DNA from: Nageia nagi
Taxonomy: Eukaryota; Plantae; Pinophyta
Direction: 5' to 3'
DNA: 64,000 bases
Assembly (NCBI GenBank): GCA_050084985.1
Contig: JBITNC010000001.1
Coordinates: 93,620,001-93,684,000 of the forward strand
Position 1 is the first letter of the stretch, and each line of letters opens with the position of its first letter. Positions 40,800 through 54,165 of the stretch are shown piece by piece. The notes beneath the pieces are model-generated. The model was not told the DNA's origin. It saw only the letters and a list, made by a program, of their open reading frames with translations, and did not search any database. Both the position numbers and the translations under genes were made by a program.

Positions 40800-41520
40800 A
40801 TTAGTAATATTTTTATGTTTTAAAAGTCAATTAGGACTAATAAGGTCTGTTTAATGACTTTTAATAATTCTATGAATCACAATGGAGAATTAGAAATTCA
40901 TGGTTATAAAAGGAGGTGGAACACCCCATTTGTGATTATTATTAGGTGATTTTGACATTGTGAAATTGAGATTGAACAGTTGATCCCTTACCTTCTGTAG
41001 ACTAGAGTTGATCCTGAAATCTTCAGAAGAAGTCAATTTTATAGACAAAGGTTGATCCCTTTCTCTTGGTTGAGGATTTAGGGGTTGATCCCTTGGATCA
41101 TTATGAGAGTGAATCCATCCAGGGTTCACCACTTGGGCATAATATTTTCATATATCAGTTTGGAGGGTTTTGTGAAGATTTTTAGTGTGTTTCAAATCAT
41201 ATCTTCCTCTTAGCAGAGGACTTCCATCCTTGCTGATTTTTTATTTTCGAATTTGAGCTTTGATTTGGATGTTTTGGGAGTTGATCTATGTACTGCCACT
41301 TACAAAAATATTTAATAAAAATTTATGTGGCTAGATATACTATTTTGAGGGTTTTTATGTGTTTTTCTAAGTTAATTTTTCATATCTAACTTATTTTGAT
41401 AAATCTAAATATTGATCTATGATTTAGGGCTTATCATTGACTAAATCTGATAAATTTGATTAGATTTGATATTTATTGGCAAGATCATTAATAGTTTTTT
41501 GTTAGGGTTCTTACAAACCA
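40800..41520 (+). mobile_element. Probable LTR fragment
   Basis: TATAAAAGGAGG at ~40905 is followed by repeated GTTGATCCCT motifs typical of LTR R/U5. Termini were not identified. Confidence 0.35.
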
Positions 41521-41579
41521 CATTTAAGAAGTTTTCAATATTTAGAAGACCTTATATGGAATTGCATGTTGTGTACGTG

Positions 41580-41785
41580 TTTTTTCTTAATGAGAAACTA
41601 TCCTTTGCGGGGGAATTTCCATAGGCTAAGTTGCCATGATCGAGGAGTATTCATTCCATCAAATTCATTTGAGGCTCACACCCGACCTCGTCTTGTTAGA
41701 GGGGGTGGGATTTGAACCTAGGTCCCCCATTAAAATTTTAGTGGAGAGTTTTAGCTACCCTCTAGGTCCTCTAACATATTAACAT
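41580..41785 (-). mobile_element. tRNA-derived SINE
   Basis: Minus strand has a weak A-box-like motif (CCTAGAGGGTAG), a perfect B box GGTTCAAATCC (~41708-41718) and an A tail. TGCATGTT on both flanks is a possible degenerate TSD. Confidence 0.65.
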
Positions 41786-41943
41786 AAGTGCATGTTATAT
41801 TTATGTTTTAGTATGATTATTACTTTTATTTTACAAATGTATGAATATCTTTTGAGAAACATAGAAAAGTTTATGTAATAATATTAGAAAAAAATTGCAT
41901 TCATGATATCAATAGGATATATAAAAATATTAAGGCTTCATAA

Positions 41944-43332
41944 TGTAATGTCCCCATTTTTATGGTGTTTTCCTCATTTCACCACTGTAAAATGGGAACA
42001 TTTAGTTTAGGATTCTTTTACTTAATTTTGGTTATCTAGTGGATATTTAGCCCTTTATTTGTAAGTTCCATTTGGAGATTAGTTAATTGCTCCAATTATG
42101 GAACGTTGGGCCTATTTTTAGGAAATATTTCATATTTAATTATGCCAATAATGATGTATAATGATACCAAGATAATTATTAATTGTAAATATAATATTAG
42201 TTACCTAATTTGGGATGTTGCATATATCAAGCCTTGATGGTTGTAATATTGGAATCTTTAGTATTATTGCTCCCCTTTTGAGGTAAAGCATGAACCAAGG
42301 TGATTTCACCTATCTTGTGGCACAAAGAAGATATCCCACCTTAGACATGGCACACCTAGAGGATGGGACCATTAATGGATGATATTTGGTATCCCGAGGC
42401 ACATTGGAAGACCCCAAGGCTCAATATCACAATAGGAGGCTTTTAAGATGGTTTCATGGATCCTAATGTGCATGGGAATCCCCCTACATGAAGTGTTGCA
42501 ATTGGGAGCCCTTGGATGTGACAACACCCATCCCAAGACTTCCGATCGTGGACATTGGGTAGAAGAGCACACAGATCACCCTTGTACACCGTTGGATCAA
42601 CCCCAACGATTGATTAGAGATGAGCTACCTCTCACTATATAAGGACTCCTAGACAACAAACTCATTCGATTATTATTATGACTTCTTATTCTTGGTTTGG
42701 ACATTGTCTTCCTTGATTCCATTCTTCAGAGTGAGGTACCTGTAGCAAGGTACAGTATAGGACTTATGTGGGCACACACTTGGGGGTTGGCGTAACCCAA
42801 TTTGATGGCTAGTTATTCAAGGGGTGTTGGCATTACCCTAAGATTATTAGAACACTACTAGTTGATTTCTAAGATTCCACCATAATTGCTAGAGGAGGAA
42901 GCCCTAGTTTAAGCCTTGCCACACTACGGATCTAAGCCCTGGAGCATCAATCTTCATAGCATTATCATTGTAATTGAGGGTCACTACATTTTCATATTCA
43001 AATACAATTACATTATTCTATTAAATTCTTGTCATTATCTCATCTTGCTTGGACATTAGATCTGGAATGCATTTTGTGTTATTTATTTGTGATCTTGCTT
43101 CCTTAGCCCCTATGTTGGGTATTTTGCATATTTGAGGGTTTACTGCTAAGTTTCTTGCCCTTACTAGCTAGACGTTGGACTTACATGTTTTTTAGCATTA
43201 TTGATGAGATGTGAAGATTTGGAGTAAAAAGTCCCTCTCTTAAGGCACATTTGGTGATCTTAATTATTATTTTATCTCTAGAATTGAGGGATTTTGATGA
43301 AATCCCAATAGGCCCATTCTAGTTTCATCACA
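41944..43332 (+). mobile_element. Probable solo LTR (gypsy-type)
   Basis: Starts TGTAATGTCCCC, with TATAAG at ~42637. Candidate ends are GGGTCACTACA (42988) or TTCATCACA (43332). No clean TSD. Confidence 0.55.
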
Positions 43333-45934
43333 TTTGAACATATACATGGATTTACATTGCTAAGAGACATCCAAGCCACATATCATAGCATTAACCTTCA
43401 AATTATGCACAACTAAACAAAGAGTATTTGAAAACAACATAAAATCCAAAGAAGAGCCAAAAGCAATGTCCAGCTCATTTGTAAAAATAATCATGTGTAT
43501 AACCTTATGAACCTCACCATGGCCATCATAGAATATATTTATAAATTGTTATTGTTAGTTAAATGGACTAGATAATTGCTCCCATAGTGTGGCTTTACTC
43601 TCCACAAATACAAAGACTTGTGAGGGTATTTGGGTTGCAAATACCTAATAAAATCTTCTTATGCATATAGCCTTTAAGAAATTAAGCATTATTACACTTC
43701 AAATAAGTTCAAGGACATATAAACTTATCCAACCTTTATTAAAATAAAACGCATCATGTTAGTAAAAAATGTAGGCACTGAGATATCCAACCATCAAAAC
43801 AATAATACCTTCAATAGTTAATCTATGATTAACTCTCCAAACACGGTATGATTGAGAGCATGTAATCTCATTGAAGGTGAGTGAAGCCATCCTCAACTGA
43901 TCAATTATAGAATGCTGAGATATAGAACTATTAATTCATTAACAGATTTTTTACCTGTTCAAACATAAAATGGCCTTGCATGGCACGTGATATTTCTCCT
44001 ATATTTTGACATAGTATTTTATGCATTATCCATGCTGACATAAATAAAACCCATATCATTATCTAAGACATTCATTCTCGACTTCGAATAAATTACATAA
44101 TATAATCATTGTGCAGTTATGATTTACAAGATCATATTAACAATTTCTTGTGACTGAAAATGCTTCTTAATATTTGTATAAATTACTTGATAAAGATCAA
44201 TTACTATTTAAAGTTGAATGTATCTATTATTATATATCCTTTAAATATGTTTTGTACATATATGCAGATAATTTACAACTTTTTCCTCTTCTGATAGGCT
44301 TCCTTGCACTATTTTACTACTTTTATTACGAAACATGAATCAATAGTTATGTGGAGATAAGTAGTTGTATAATATTTTAATATGAATTCAATCAACATGT
44401 AATGATTTAAGCTTATATTTTAAAAATCTATGATCAATGATTTGAAACGAAACTGCCAACGAATTACATTTAATATATATTTAAAAAAAAAAAACTATTT
44501 CAAAAAGTAGAAGTAAAAAAATAAAATCAAAATTACCATTCTTTTAAATCTATTGGTTTGTAGGATCTATCATCAATTTTTTCAATGTAAGAGGTGGGAG
44601 TTGAACATAAAACCTTCAATATGAATGCCTTCACATCCACTTGTCTCCCAACTCCTCTAACAACACAAAAATTTTTTATATCATGAAACACAAAAAGTAC
44701 TTCTATATCCATAAGGAAAATGTAGTACAGAATCCACTACTTAAGGCTACATGCAGTAAGAACCGGTTAGACTTTTTACTGTACATCATATTTACTTCCA
44801 CCACTGTAAAAAACGTAATCAGAACAAACAGAAACAACATACTTGGCATGCTATGTAAGCCTGACATTTAACATGTGACCAAATTAGATGTGTAGAAATT
44901 AAGATAAATGTGTTAAACTAGAATGCAAAACCACTCGGCAGCTAGGTTGCATGACCACTTCAGGCCCTTCCGTATATACATAAAATAGGCAACCCCTTCT
45001 ACTTGCTTCTATTCATCACTTTGTTATTGCTTTCAAGCAAAAGAACATTTGAAATAACGAGTAACCTTCTATAAAGCAAGAAGAATAAGAGCTTTGATCT
45101 AGACTCTCTGATAAGTAGAGAACCAGTAATGTTTAAATATTGCATGACCAGTAGACCACTTCTGTAATAAATAAATTTGTACATATTAGGGTGAATTAAA
45201 TTAAAAAAATTTACTTGCTCCAAGTAAGATGCTTTACAAAATCAACAGAACAGTATACAACCTTTCAACAAGTCCACATACGCAATGTTCATCTTTTAAC
45301 AAACTAGTCCTGCTAACTTGAAGAAAATTCTCCAAACTTTTCACAATTGAGCACTTTCGTTCTCCAAGTAAATACTTGATACACATTTTTATCAGCTAAA
45401 TATTTGAATCTTTGATATACATTTATAGCAGCTGCACCATACCCCAGCTTACTATTTTCCAAATAATCCTCTACTATTCATTAGAGTAACGCATTAGCAA
45501 ACGTTTGCAAAGCAGCCAACTGGTCATCTCTCTGATCAACATGATTGGAGCTTCTCAATAGTGAGTGACATACAAGTTGACTCAGTACTTACATTTCATA
45601 TTCTTTCTTTGCTAGGTGACTACAATAAATCAGCGTATGCCCCACAATACAAAATAAATATAGCAAAAACCTCTCTAACCTCTTGCATCTTATTGGAAAA
45701 TATCATCAGACTCAATACCAAACTACTTATTAAGCCACGGCATGGCAGTACTCGTACGCCAAATACTGCTTCTAAAGTTGAAAAAGTAAATAAATACAAT
45801 ACAAAAATAGACTAGGGAATATATAGGGCTTAAGATGGTCATTTGTCTAGGCTTGAGTTTCAACTGTGTCTTACGATTTGATTGCAATAAAGCATGATGT
45901 ATGCTCTCACCATATAATGTTCCAAAAGATGTCA

Positions 45935-46287
45935 TCAAGTTGGAACACCTTGCTCAGGTTCGTAAAATCCTACAACTGCTGCAGAAATACATACCCAAAG
46001 CATTAGGAATGCTATTATCAAGAGGCTTAGCTTTTGACAGCCGCCACCTTCTTCACATATCTCATTGTCATAGGAGCTCCATTGGTCTTTGTCTCCATTA
46101 TATTTTTCAATTGATGATTCACTATTTCTAGCAATATCCTCTTCATCATCACTGCACACCATTCTACAGCAAGAACATGTACAATCACCACCCAGAAAGA
46201 ACGGCACTGACTCCAGTATTCAGCAAGTATCCTGAGATAATTATCACCCAAAATGTGTAGTTTCTCCTGTGTAACAGGCTTCAAAAC
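45935..46287 (-). CDS. CRAL-TRIO/SEC14 protein, last coding exon with C-terminal TM segment (apparent 1-nt frameshift at ~46215)
   Basis: AG acceptor at 46288-89, then VLKPVTQEKLHILG..LAEY. After a frame change it reads VPFFLGGDCTCSCC...LLIIAFLMLWVCISAAVVGFYEPE, with a stop at 45935. Confidence 0.85.
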
Positions 46288-47641
46288 CTGAAAAGTGACA
46301 ATTAATTGTGTTTAGAAATTAGGAGTTAGGACCCACTATAAGGGCAAGGACTTTGAATGCCAAATGTTTCATCAAACCTTTGAATCTATTGACTCCAGTT
46401 TATAGACTTAGAAACTTGACTATACATATAATAGAGTCATTGGTGTTGAAAAGGTTGGAACACCAAACCAGATGCAAACAAAAGCAGAATCTATTTTCAT
46501 GAACAGAATGTCAGGAGCACTTCCAGTTTTTAATTCATAATAAAAGTTGACTATGGATTATGCAACAGCCTAGGCAACACTGGACGTAGAGGCCTAAAAG
46601 TTGGTTTTGTAATATAATTTGAATAATGATTTTGCTGCAGAATGTACACAAATAACCATTTGGCATTTTTAATTTTATTGAAACTATATGTGGAGTAAAT
46701 AAGATACAATACCTCAGGCCAAATTTTGCTCAAAATACGTTTCATCTCCATATTTCAAATTAAGTATAGAAGATTATAGTCATTCATTTTATGCTATAAT
46801 AAAATACTTTTCAAATTGACATTCAAAGTAAACAATCTCTTGAGATCCCAACACTTAAGCTAAAAAACTTAAATGCCATGATTTGGGTTCATTAGGCAAA
46901 CGCTAACATTATTAATATTTAGTAGACTCTTCCAAAGAAATTTTCTGTTCTTCAAATGATTTAGGTTTCTTCTGGTATTTCATTATTTAAAAATGAATCT
47001 CCCTGGTAATAAACTCTTAGCAAATAAAGATGGCTTATTCTTCCACAAAGTTTGATGCATTCACGACAAATAACCCATTGTCACATGTCTTTTCGTAATG
47101 TTTATTCCCCTCCCTTATACATCTCCATAACTCGAGTTGAATTCCTGGTACTACTGCATTCTGATCTGCCTTTTGTAGCCAGTCCATTCTGCTATTATCC
47201 ATAAAAAAAATGAGTCCGGACTATAAAGCAGATGGGTTCAGACCATCCAATATGTACGAGGGGCTAGTTGAATCTAGATCAGGTCTGGACAAATCTTGTA
47301 ATAACACTTGGGTGTTTATAAACAGTTTTGTACATTTTGAACTGAGAGGCCAATTTTTATCTGCTATAAAAAGATGGATAATGATCAAAGTGAAGATATC
47401 TTAGTAACTTGGATCCCAGGTTGGTTGAGTAAAACCACTTTTCTTTCAGAAGATCTTTGAGTAGATTAATTTGATCCTGATTTAGTGATCTCACGGTTCT
47501 AAAACAGAGGTTGAAAGCCCATGGAACTTATTCAGTAGCACATGAATGAACAATTCCATGGCTGAGGAATGAAATGAACAAACAATTTCATGGCTAAAGA
47601 ATGAAATGAACGAACAATTTCAGTAGCGCTATGAACAAACA

Positions 47642-47719
47642 ATTTCATGGAATGCAATGATTGCAGGATATGCAAGGAATGGTTGTAGCAAGGAAACCAT
47701 TAAGCTATTTAAACAAATG
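47642..47719 (+). pseudogene. Isolated PPR motif fragment
   Basis: ISWNAMIAGYARNGCSKETIKLFKQM matches the PLS-class PPR P-motif consensus. Confidence 0.8.
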
Positions 47720-48622
47720 GCACACTTTTAGGTAAATACAAAAGATTTGAAATTCACATTGTATTTCTGTAATATATACGTAAATACATGTAAGTATAAA
47801 TAGGAGATTGTTGAAACCTCCTAACAAACTGGACAATTTATTGACTCAAACCACCCAAGCTCTACTACACAACAAATACTGTTAAGATACTACTCAACAA
47901 CAATACATCAAACAATAATATCTCTAACATCACATCGAGCATTCGAGCTCTTCAATTCACCCTTGCATTTTAGCAAGGATCATCCTCGTTCTTTCTAAGG
48001 ATTCGCCCAACATGGCTTGCATCTTTAATGCTGAATTAAGAACTTCTACAGCCATGGCTTGCTCTCGTTTCAGTAGTTCGAGAGCATCACCCTGATTGTG
48101 GCTGTCTCATTTACCGGACTTTGGATATGGAAGGAAACTTCTCCTCCATGAATGACATCCTCCTCAATCTCAAAGATATCCATAGGCTCGCTTCCATAGT
48201 TTCTTTTGAAGGAGCTTATCAAGGGGAGGGGTAAATATAGGAGTTTGGGTGAGTAGCGGATTCCCGCTGATGCTTAGGTAGTAGTGGATTACCACTACAG
48301 GAATCTCACTGCAAGATTCATGTTGCTTGGCCAATAGCGAATTCCCACTGCAGGGTTTGCTGTTGTCAGACCAGTAGTGGATTCCTGCTACGTGGTTTGC
48401 TATTGTTAGGACAACAGTTAATGCTCCTCATTTGGCTATTTGTTTTTAATACGTTTATTAAATTTAATTTTGTTTCTAATGTTTTGTGAAACACTAATAA
48501 AGGTAAAATCAACATTCAAAGTCATTCAAAAACTTAACTGATATATATTTACTTTTAAAAAAACTTTTATAGGTCCTACAAACCAATGGGTTAAAAAGGA
48601 TGTTAAAAGACTCTCATCTACC

Positions 48623-50984
48623 TTTTGGGACGGAAATCTTTCCTCTTACAAAGTATTGTGGACGGCGGCAAAATGGAAAAGGGTACCAACACCTAAGTGA
48701 GGTAGTGTTACTTACCCCTGCTTGAAGGGACTGATACCCCAAGGTTTCTATCTTAAAAAATTCTATGCTTTGTGATACAATCCTGGAATAAGTTGATAAA
48801 GGAGAGATAAAACTGTTTACGCACATTGTATAAAGCCTCTTGAGTTTGCTTCTGGTTTTAGAAATGTCTTCCTGACTTCACTAAGATTCATTCGAATTTG
48901 AGTTCATTTCAGGAATTTTGAAGCAATAAAATTGTGTTGGAAAGAAAATAAAAGAAAAGAAAGAAACAAGAAAAGAAAGGTTAGGGTAAAACACAAAGTC
49001 TTGGCTAAAGCACAAAGCACAACATTCACCACTAGTAGAGCATTGTCTAAATTAGCCTTTCCTTCCGAATTAATTAAGAAAATTGCATTCATTCATCCAA
49101 TGTTTGCACCAAATGACATAGTCCAACTTGAATGCAAAAGAAGCAAGAAGCAGGAACGATGGATAAAGATGATATGTGATGACCAATAAGTTTTGAGTGC
49201 AAGTTTCTAATCTAATAGCATAGAAGAAAATCAATTCAGAATACATTCACTTCTCATGCAAATTGCAGAAGATATCCATCCAATAGTGATCCAAATGCTT
49301 CATAAGGTAGACAATCAAGTTTTCTTAAAACTCTAGGTTTTAAAAGAAAATGCACACAAGCATAAGAATCATCACAAGTTTTAAAAGAAAATGCACACAA
49401 GCATAAGAATCATCACAAAGAGAGTTATCATATCGTAGAATTCAAATCCACAATTCCACAAAATGATGGAGTTGACTTGATTTTAAATTATGCCACTTCA
49501 TTCAACAAGGAGAAGAGTTTTCAATTTCCAAGAGTTTGCTCTCCTCCTAGAGAACATAGTTCATCCTCTCCAAAATGACCCCCTCTAAGGGTATTTATAG
49601 TAGAAAAATGACTATTCATAAGCAATAAAGGCTCACCTACCTCCTAATACATGTAAATGAACTAAAATTACCATGAAATGTCATTTGGCATGTGGGGAGC
49701 AAAAACTCTTCCCCACTTGAAAATAAGCTAAGTAAATACTAAATTCTAATAAAATCTTTGGCCTGCATCTTTGGATCCTCATATCTTGGAATGGATGATA
49801 ATCTGAAAGAGTAAAATATACCAAATTTGTATGTTTGAGGAACATGACAAGCTTGATCTTGGAAGATGTGCCATTGGAGGGTGAAGATTGAAAAAGGTTT
49901 CATTTTTTCTGGCTTTGGAACTCTCAAGCCTACAAATCATGCAAATTGTCTTCCTCCTAGTCACATGTTCTAGCTGTTCAAGATTCTTAACGATGAGAGT
50001 GATGCAACTAGAGAGTTTCCCTTTGCCTTGGTCGCATGTCTCTGAGTTTTATGTCCTCTAATCTTGTTTGGGATGCGACTAAAGGACTTTGGCTTGCTGG
50101 TATAGACATGATCGCAAAATCCTCCTTTTTAGCTGGTCGCACTTGGTGGCTTTTCAAGGATTTTTGAACTTGTGTGAGGTGCAACTAGACTTTCCTCTCC
50201 ATTCCTGGTCACATGTGGTGGCTTTTCAAGGATTTCTGAACTTGTGTGAGGCGCGACTAGACTTTCCTCTCCATTCCTAATCGCACGTTGAGACTTTTCA
50301 AAGCTTGCTAATTCTCCTGAAGAGGCGACCAAGGACTTTTTTGGGTTTTTATGGTCGCATTGTATCTTCTCTTTGGATTTTCTAAACTCCTTAACAAGGC
50401 AGCCAAGGTTTTTTGTCATTCTAAGGTTGCATCACTTGATTTTTTGAAAATTTTGAAGGTTCTTGACATGTGACTAAAATGTTTTGTTGATTGTTCAACC
50501 TTTTAATGGCTTCTAGTAGCATGGATGGTGCAACCAAGAAAACCTGTGTTTTTTGAGTCCCAAAACATTGTTTCTCCTCTTCTCAAATCATTCTTCATTT
50601 GGCTTTTGGGATTTTCTGACCTTAAATCCAAATAGCATCGAATGTACCCCAGAAATTCCGTCTTACCTGATTTTCCACTCCTGAGCATCAAAAGTTTCAA
50701 GATATGGGATTTTTCTCGCATTTTGACACCTCTTGAAACTTTCTACACCCCAAACTGATGCAAATTGCTCCTTTTGCATTGTAAGCCTTCTTAATGGTGT
50801 GAATTTGCTCCTTGGCTCTCTGATCGTTGTCTGGGCTTAGATCTTGGCAGTTTTCAACCTTTCAAGACTTATTTCCTTCTGGATCATCAGAAATGCCTCT
50901 CCAAGGTAATCTTCTCCACTACTAGGGTCAAAAAAGGGCCCCCAAAAATGCAAAATTTTAGGGGTGTGTTGTGCGGGCACAACA
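48623..50984 (-). mobile_element. Solo LTR (~2.36 kb, gypsy-type) in the SEC14 intron
   Basis: Perfect 5-bp TSD CTACC (48618-22 and 50985-89). Minus start is TGTTGTGCCC, and minus CTATAAATACCC lies at ~49590-49600. The other end reads TT instead of TG on the plus strand. Confidence 0.8.
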
Positions 50985-53944
50985 CTACCTATCTATCTAG
51001 ATAGGTTGTCACATGTCACAAGTTTGCAATTTTTTAACCTCCATTTGATTCAAGTAGAACCAAAGAAGCAACATTGGTTCTTGTTTTGATAAGTCAGCAT
51101 TTCCCTTTATTAAATATGAAAGCATTTTGTAAAGTCTACGCAAAATCCTATCCACATGGCAGAACTAAGCAAGTTTCCCTACCCTTCTTCCCTTCCACAA
51201 AATAAGTTGTGCACTTTGTCTCCAAGTGCCACTCTTTTTCAAAGATCTTCCCCCTAACAATTCTCAAGAGAAAAGATTTGCACTATTGGCCTTGAATTCG
51301 TAAACACCACCATATCTTGCCTTTGTTTCTCCTTTGTGTATTTGGATTAAGTAAGGAACTGCAAGCTACATGGCAGTAATCCACATTATTTTAAAAAAGT
51401 TGATTCTTCTCCACAAGTGAAGAAATCGACTATGTGGCATTTTCCGCATCTTTTCTGCATAGATATTCTTTCTTTTTAAGAAAAACTATGAACTGCACCC
51501 ATGTGGCATATTTCCTATACCTTAGTTTATTTTAAAATAAAATAAAAAAGGTTTACTTTCCCATCTCATTGGATCTAATGCAAATTGTAAGTTTTCATTT
51601 TTTATCAGTTAGCCAAAATTCAGTGGTTTCTGAACCCAAATAGCATATTTTTGCCATCTCTTTCACATGACGTCAGATTTCAGCAATCTAATAGTCAGTA
51701 TGTAGCACTTCGACCATTCAAGATTCATTTGCATAGTTAGCAATAACTTTTTGCATCATCTATGAACTAAAAATAGCCCATAAAACATTATGGATAAACG
51801 ATGTTCAATCACCCCGAAATTTTAGAGATAATGTTGCTTTTGTACAACCACTTCGTACATCAAATATTAAAAATATCCAGCATGTTTAAATCCATGAACT
51901 GTAAAGACAAAAAATGTTTTCTTTTTAATGTGTTTGTAATACTGTATAAATGGCAATAAATGGCAATGGTTGGCTGCTAAAATAACTTCATTGAAGGATA
52001 CTTTAAAAGGTAGAATTGAATCTAGAGAGTCTCTAGTGCCTCAGCTAGCAAGACTCGGTTACAAAAAGAATGAAGACCAGATAACATATTGCTAAAATTG
52101 AGGATGCTACCGGAAAGCAAATAATATAAAGGATATAGAAACAAGGATGAAACTACATCCAAGGACATATCAAGATTTTGTAATTGTATGGTTGATAACT
52201 TGGATAAAACATGAGAACATGTACATGATGAATTTACAAAAGAAGGGTGGAGCAATGACACTAGCTTGTATAATGAGCTACTCATCTTGAGACAAGAAAA
52301 GGACAAACCATCATAGATCATAATAGAAGAATGTTGAATAAAGTGCACAGGTTAGAATATCCTATAGGAGATAAGCCAACAATAGCAATCTTGTGTAAAT
52401 GCCGAATGGGTTATGAAACACTTCAAAAGTTACTCTGAGAATATTGGCAACAACAAATTACTTGGATAACATTCTAGGATGTTGGATATAGAAGAGAGAA
52501 AATATCTACAAACTAAAAATGATCACAAAAATGTTTGTCAACGGACTTCAATTTAAGGTATAGCAAGACGGAAAATGGAAAAATAGCAATAAAATCCTAA
52601 GTTCAGAGACATAAAGAAGGGGGATGTTCAACAAAACTGAGTACCGTATGTAATGTGAATACTGTTAATACAAAAGAATGACCTCTGTAAACAGGAAATA
52701 CAAGCATCACATACAAATATAGTTTCAACAAGTGGTGGGTATAAAAAACCACATTAATCAGTATCATAACAATGAAAATAAGAATTGATTCATGTCACCC
52801 CTTCAATCATACATATATTACTAAGACGGAACCCTAACATCATCATCTCATCCATCTTCTTTATATTTTTATTCTATATATTTCTTGAAGTATAATAGAC
52901 TGGAACATATCGATAGATCATGGCCAAATAACATTGAAAAGCACAAAGTTAAAAATATATTTCATGATGGCTATTCATGCATGCATGGAAATATTCTACG
53001 TTGTACCGTATACCTCTTCAATTATTTTTTCCAATATGTTCAGGTGCAGAAAAGACTGTTCTCCAACACTCTTACAACATGATAGACCAGCAGAAGCTTT
53101 TCTGATTTCCATTACCTACCAATATTTTAGTCAGCCACACAAATATTGCATGGCATTGAATATATTAGACGGATCAGCAAGGATCAGTTTCACATGAGAT
53201 TTGGTTAAAAGATCAACCCTCAAACTGGGTTTAGTGAATAGTATTATGTGCCAAGTAACGTGAAAACTTCCCTTATAGCCTACAAACAGTTCTCATGCAT
53301 CAATCAGGCATGCTGGCTGGACTGGGGCCTACAAGTCCACCATACCTATGCACTGTTGATAATGAATGATAACATATTAACAACTATCTTTTATTAGAGC
53401 TGGAATTTTACAAAAGTATCATCCAATCCCTCAAAAGATCTTACTGCATCCTCATGTAAATGGTGACTTTATGATTTTGAATGTGATGAACCTCTTGATC
53501 GCTCAGTCAATGTTTCATGGCTTTAAGTTTAAACAGATAGTATCCTTGCCACTATATTATGACATTTATATATGCCTGTGTATACTTCACAAAATAAGTA
53601 ATTATAAACTTCTAGCCTAAGTTGATTTTTTCTTTGCTACAATATCATCCAATTGCTCATTTAGATCAGTTGAGGTCCTATATAGTCCAACTTTCACCAT
53701 ATCAAATAAATGTAAACAACCATGGATTATAACACCACCTGCTACATAACATTGGTGGAAATGATAATTATATGTATGAAGTTATGAACTACAGTGCTCA
53801 TCGAAGAAAATAAGCATTTCATCTGTTTGATCCTTGGAAAGGAAATACATCAAACAAATTAGTTTACAAAGGATAAAGTATTTGATTCCTTACATTTAAA
53901 CTTACCAACTCAAAAATCAACATATAGTAATAGCATAAACATAC

Positions 53945-54165
53945 CTGGATGATAGCTTGTGCAATTACTCGCACAAGGGGGGAGAGATGGACAACATAGA
54001 GGGATGCAAGACGAGTTGGGTAATGTTCTTGTACAAGGACACAACAAGACTTCATCATTTGAACTGGAAATCTGAATGTAGATATCCCTTCACAATCCAA
54101 TAGAACTGTAATTCTTGGATCCTCTGAATTTAGCAAATGCAAGACTCCATACTCTACCTGCGAAA
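53945..54165 (-). CDS. CRAL-TRIO/SEC14 protein, penultimate coding exon
   Basis: Phase-compatible AG/GT boundaries. Encodes VSQVEYGVLHL..ITVLLDCEG..LVQEHYPTRLASLYVVHL..AIIQ (SEC14 core QxHYPxRL). Confidence 0.92.

Noticed and set aside
41690-41780. tRNA gene
   Set aside because: B box only, no cloverleaf. The downstream body and A tail fit a SINE.
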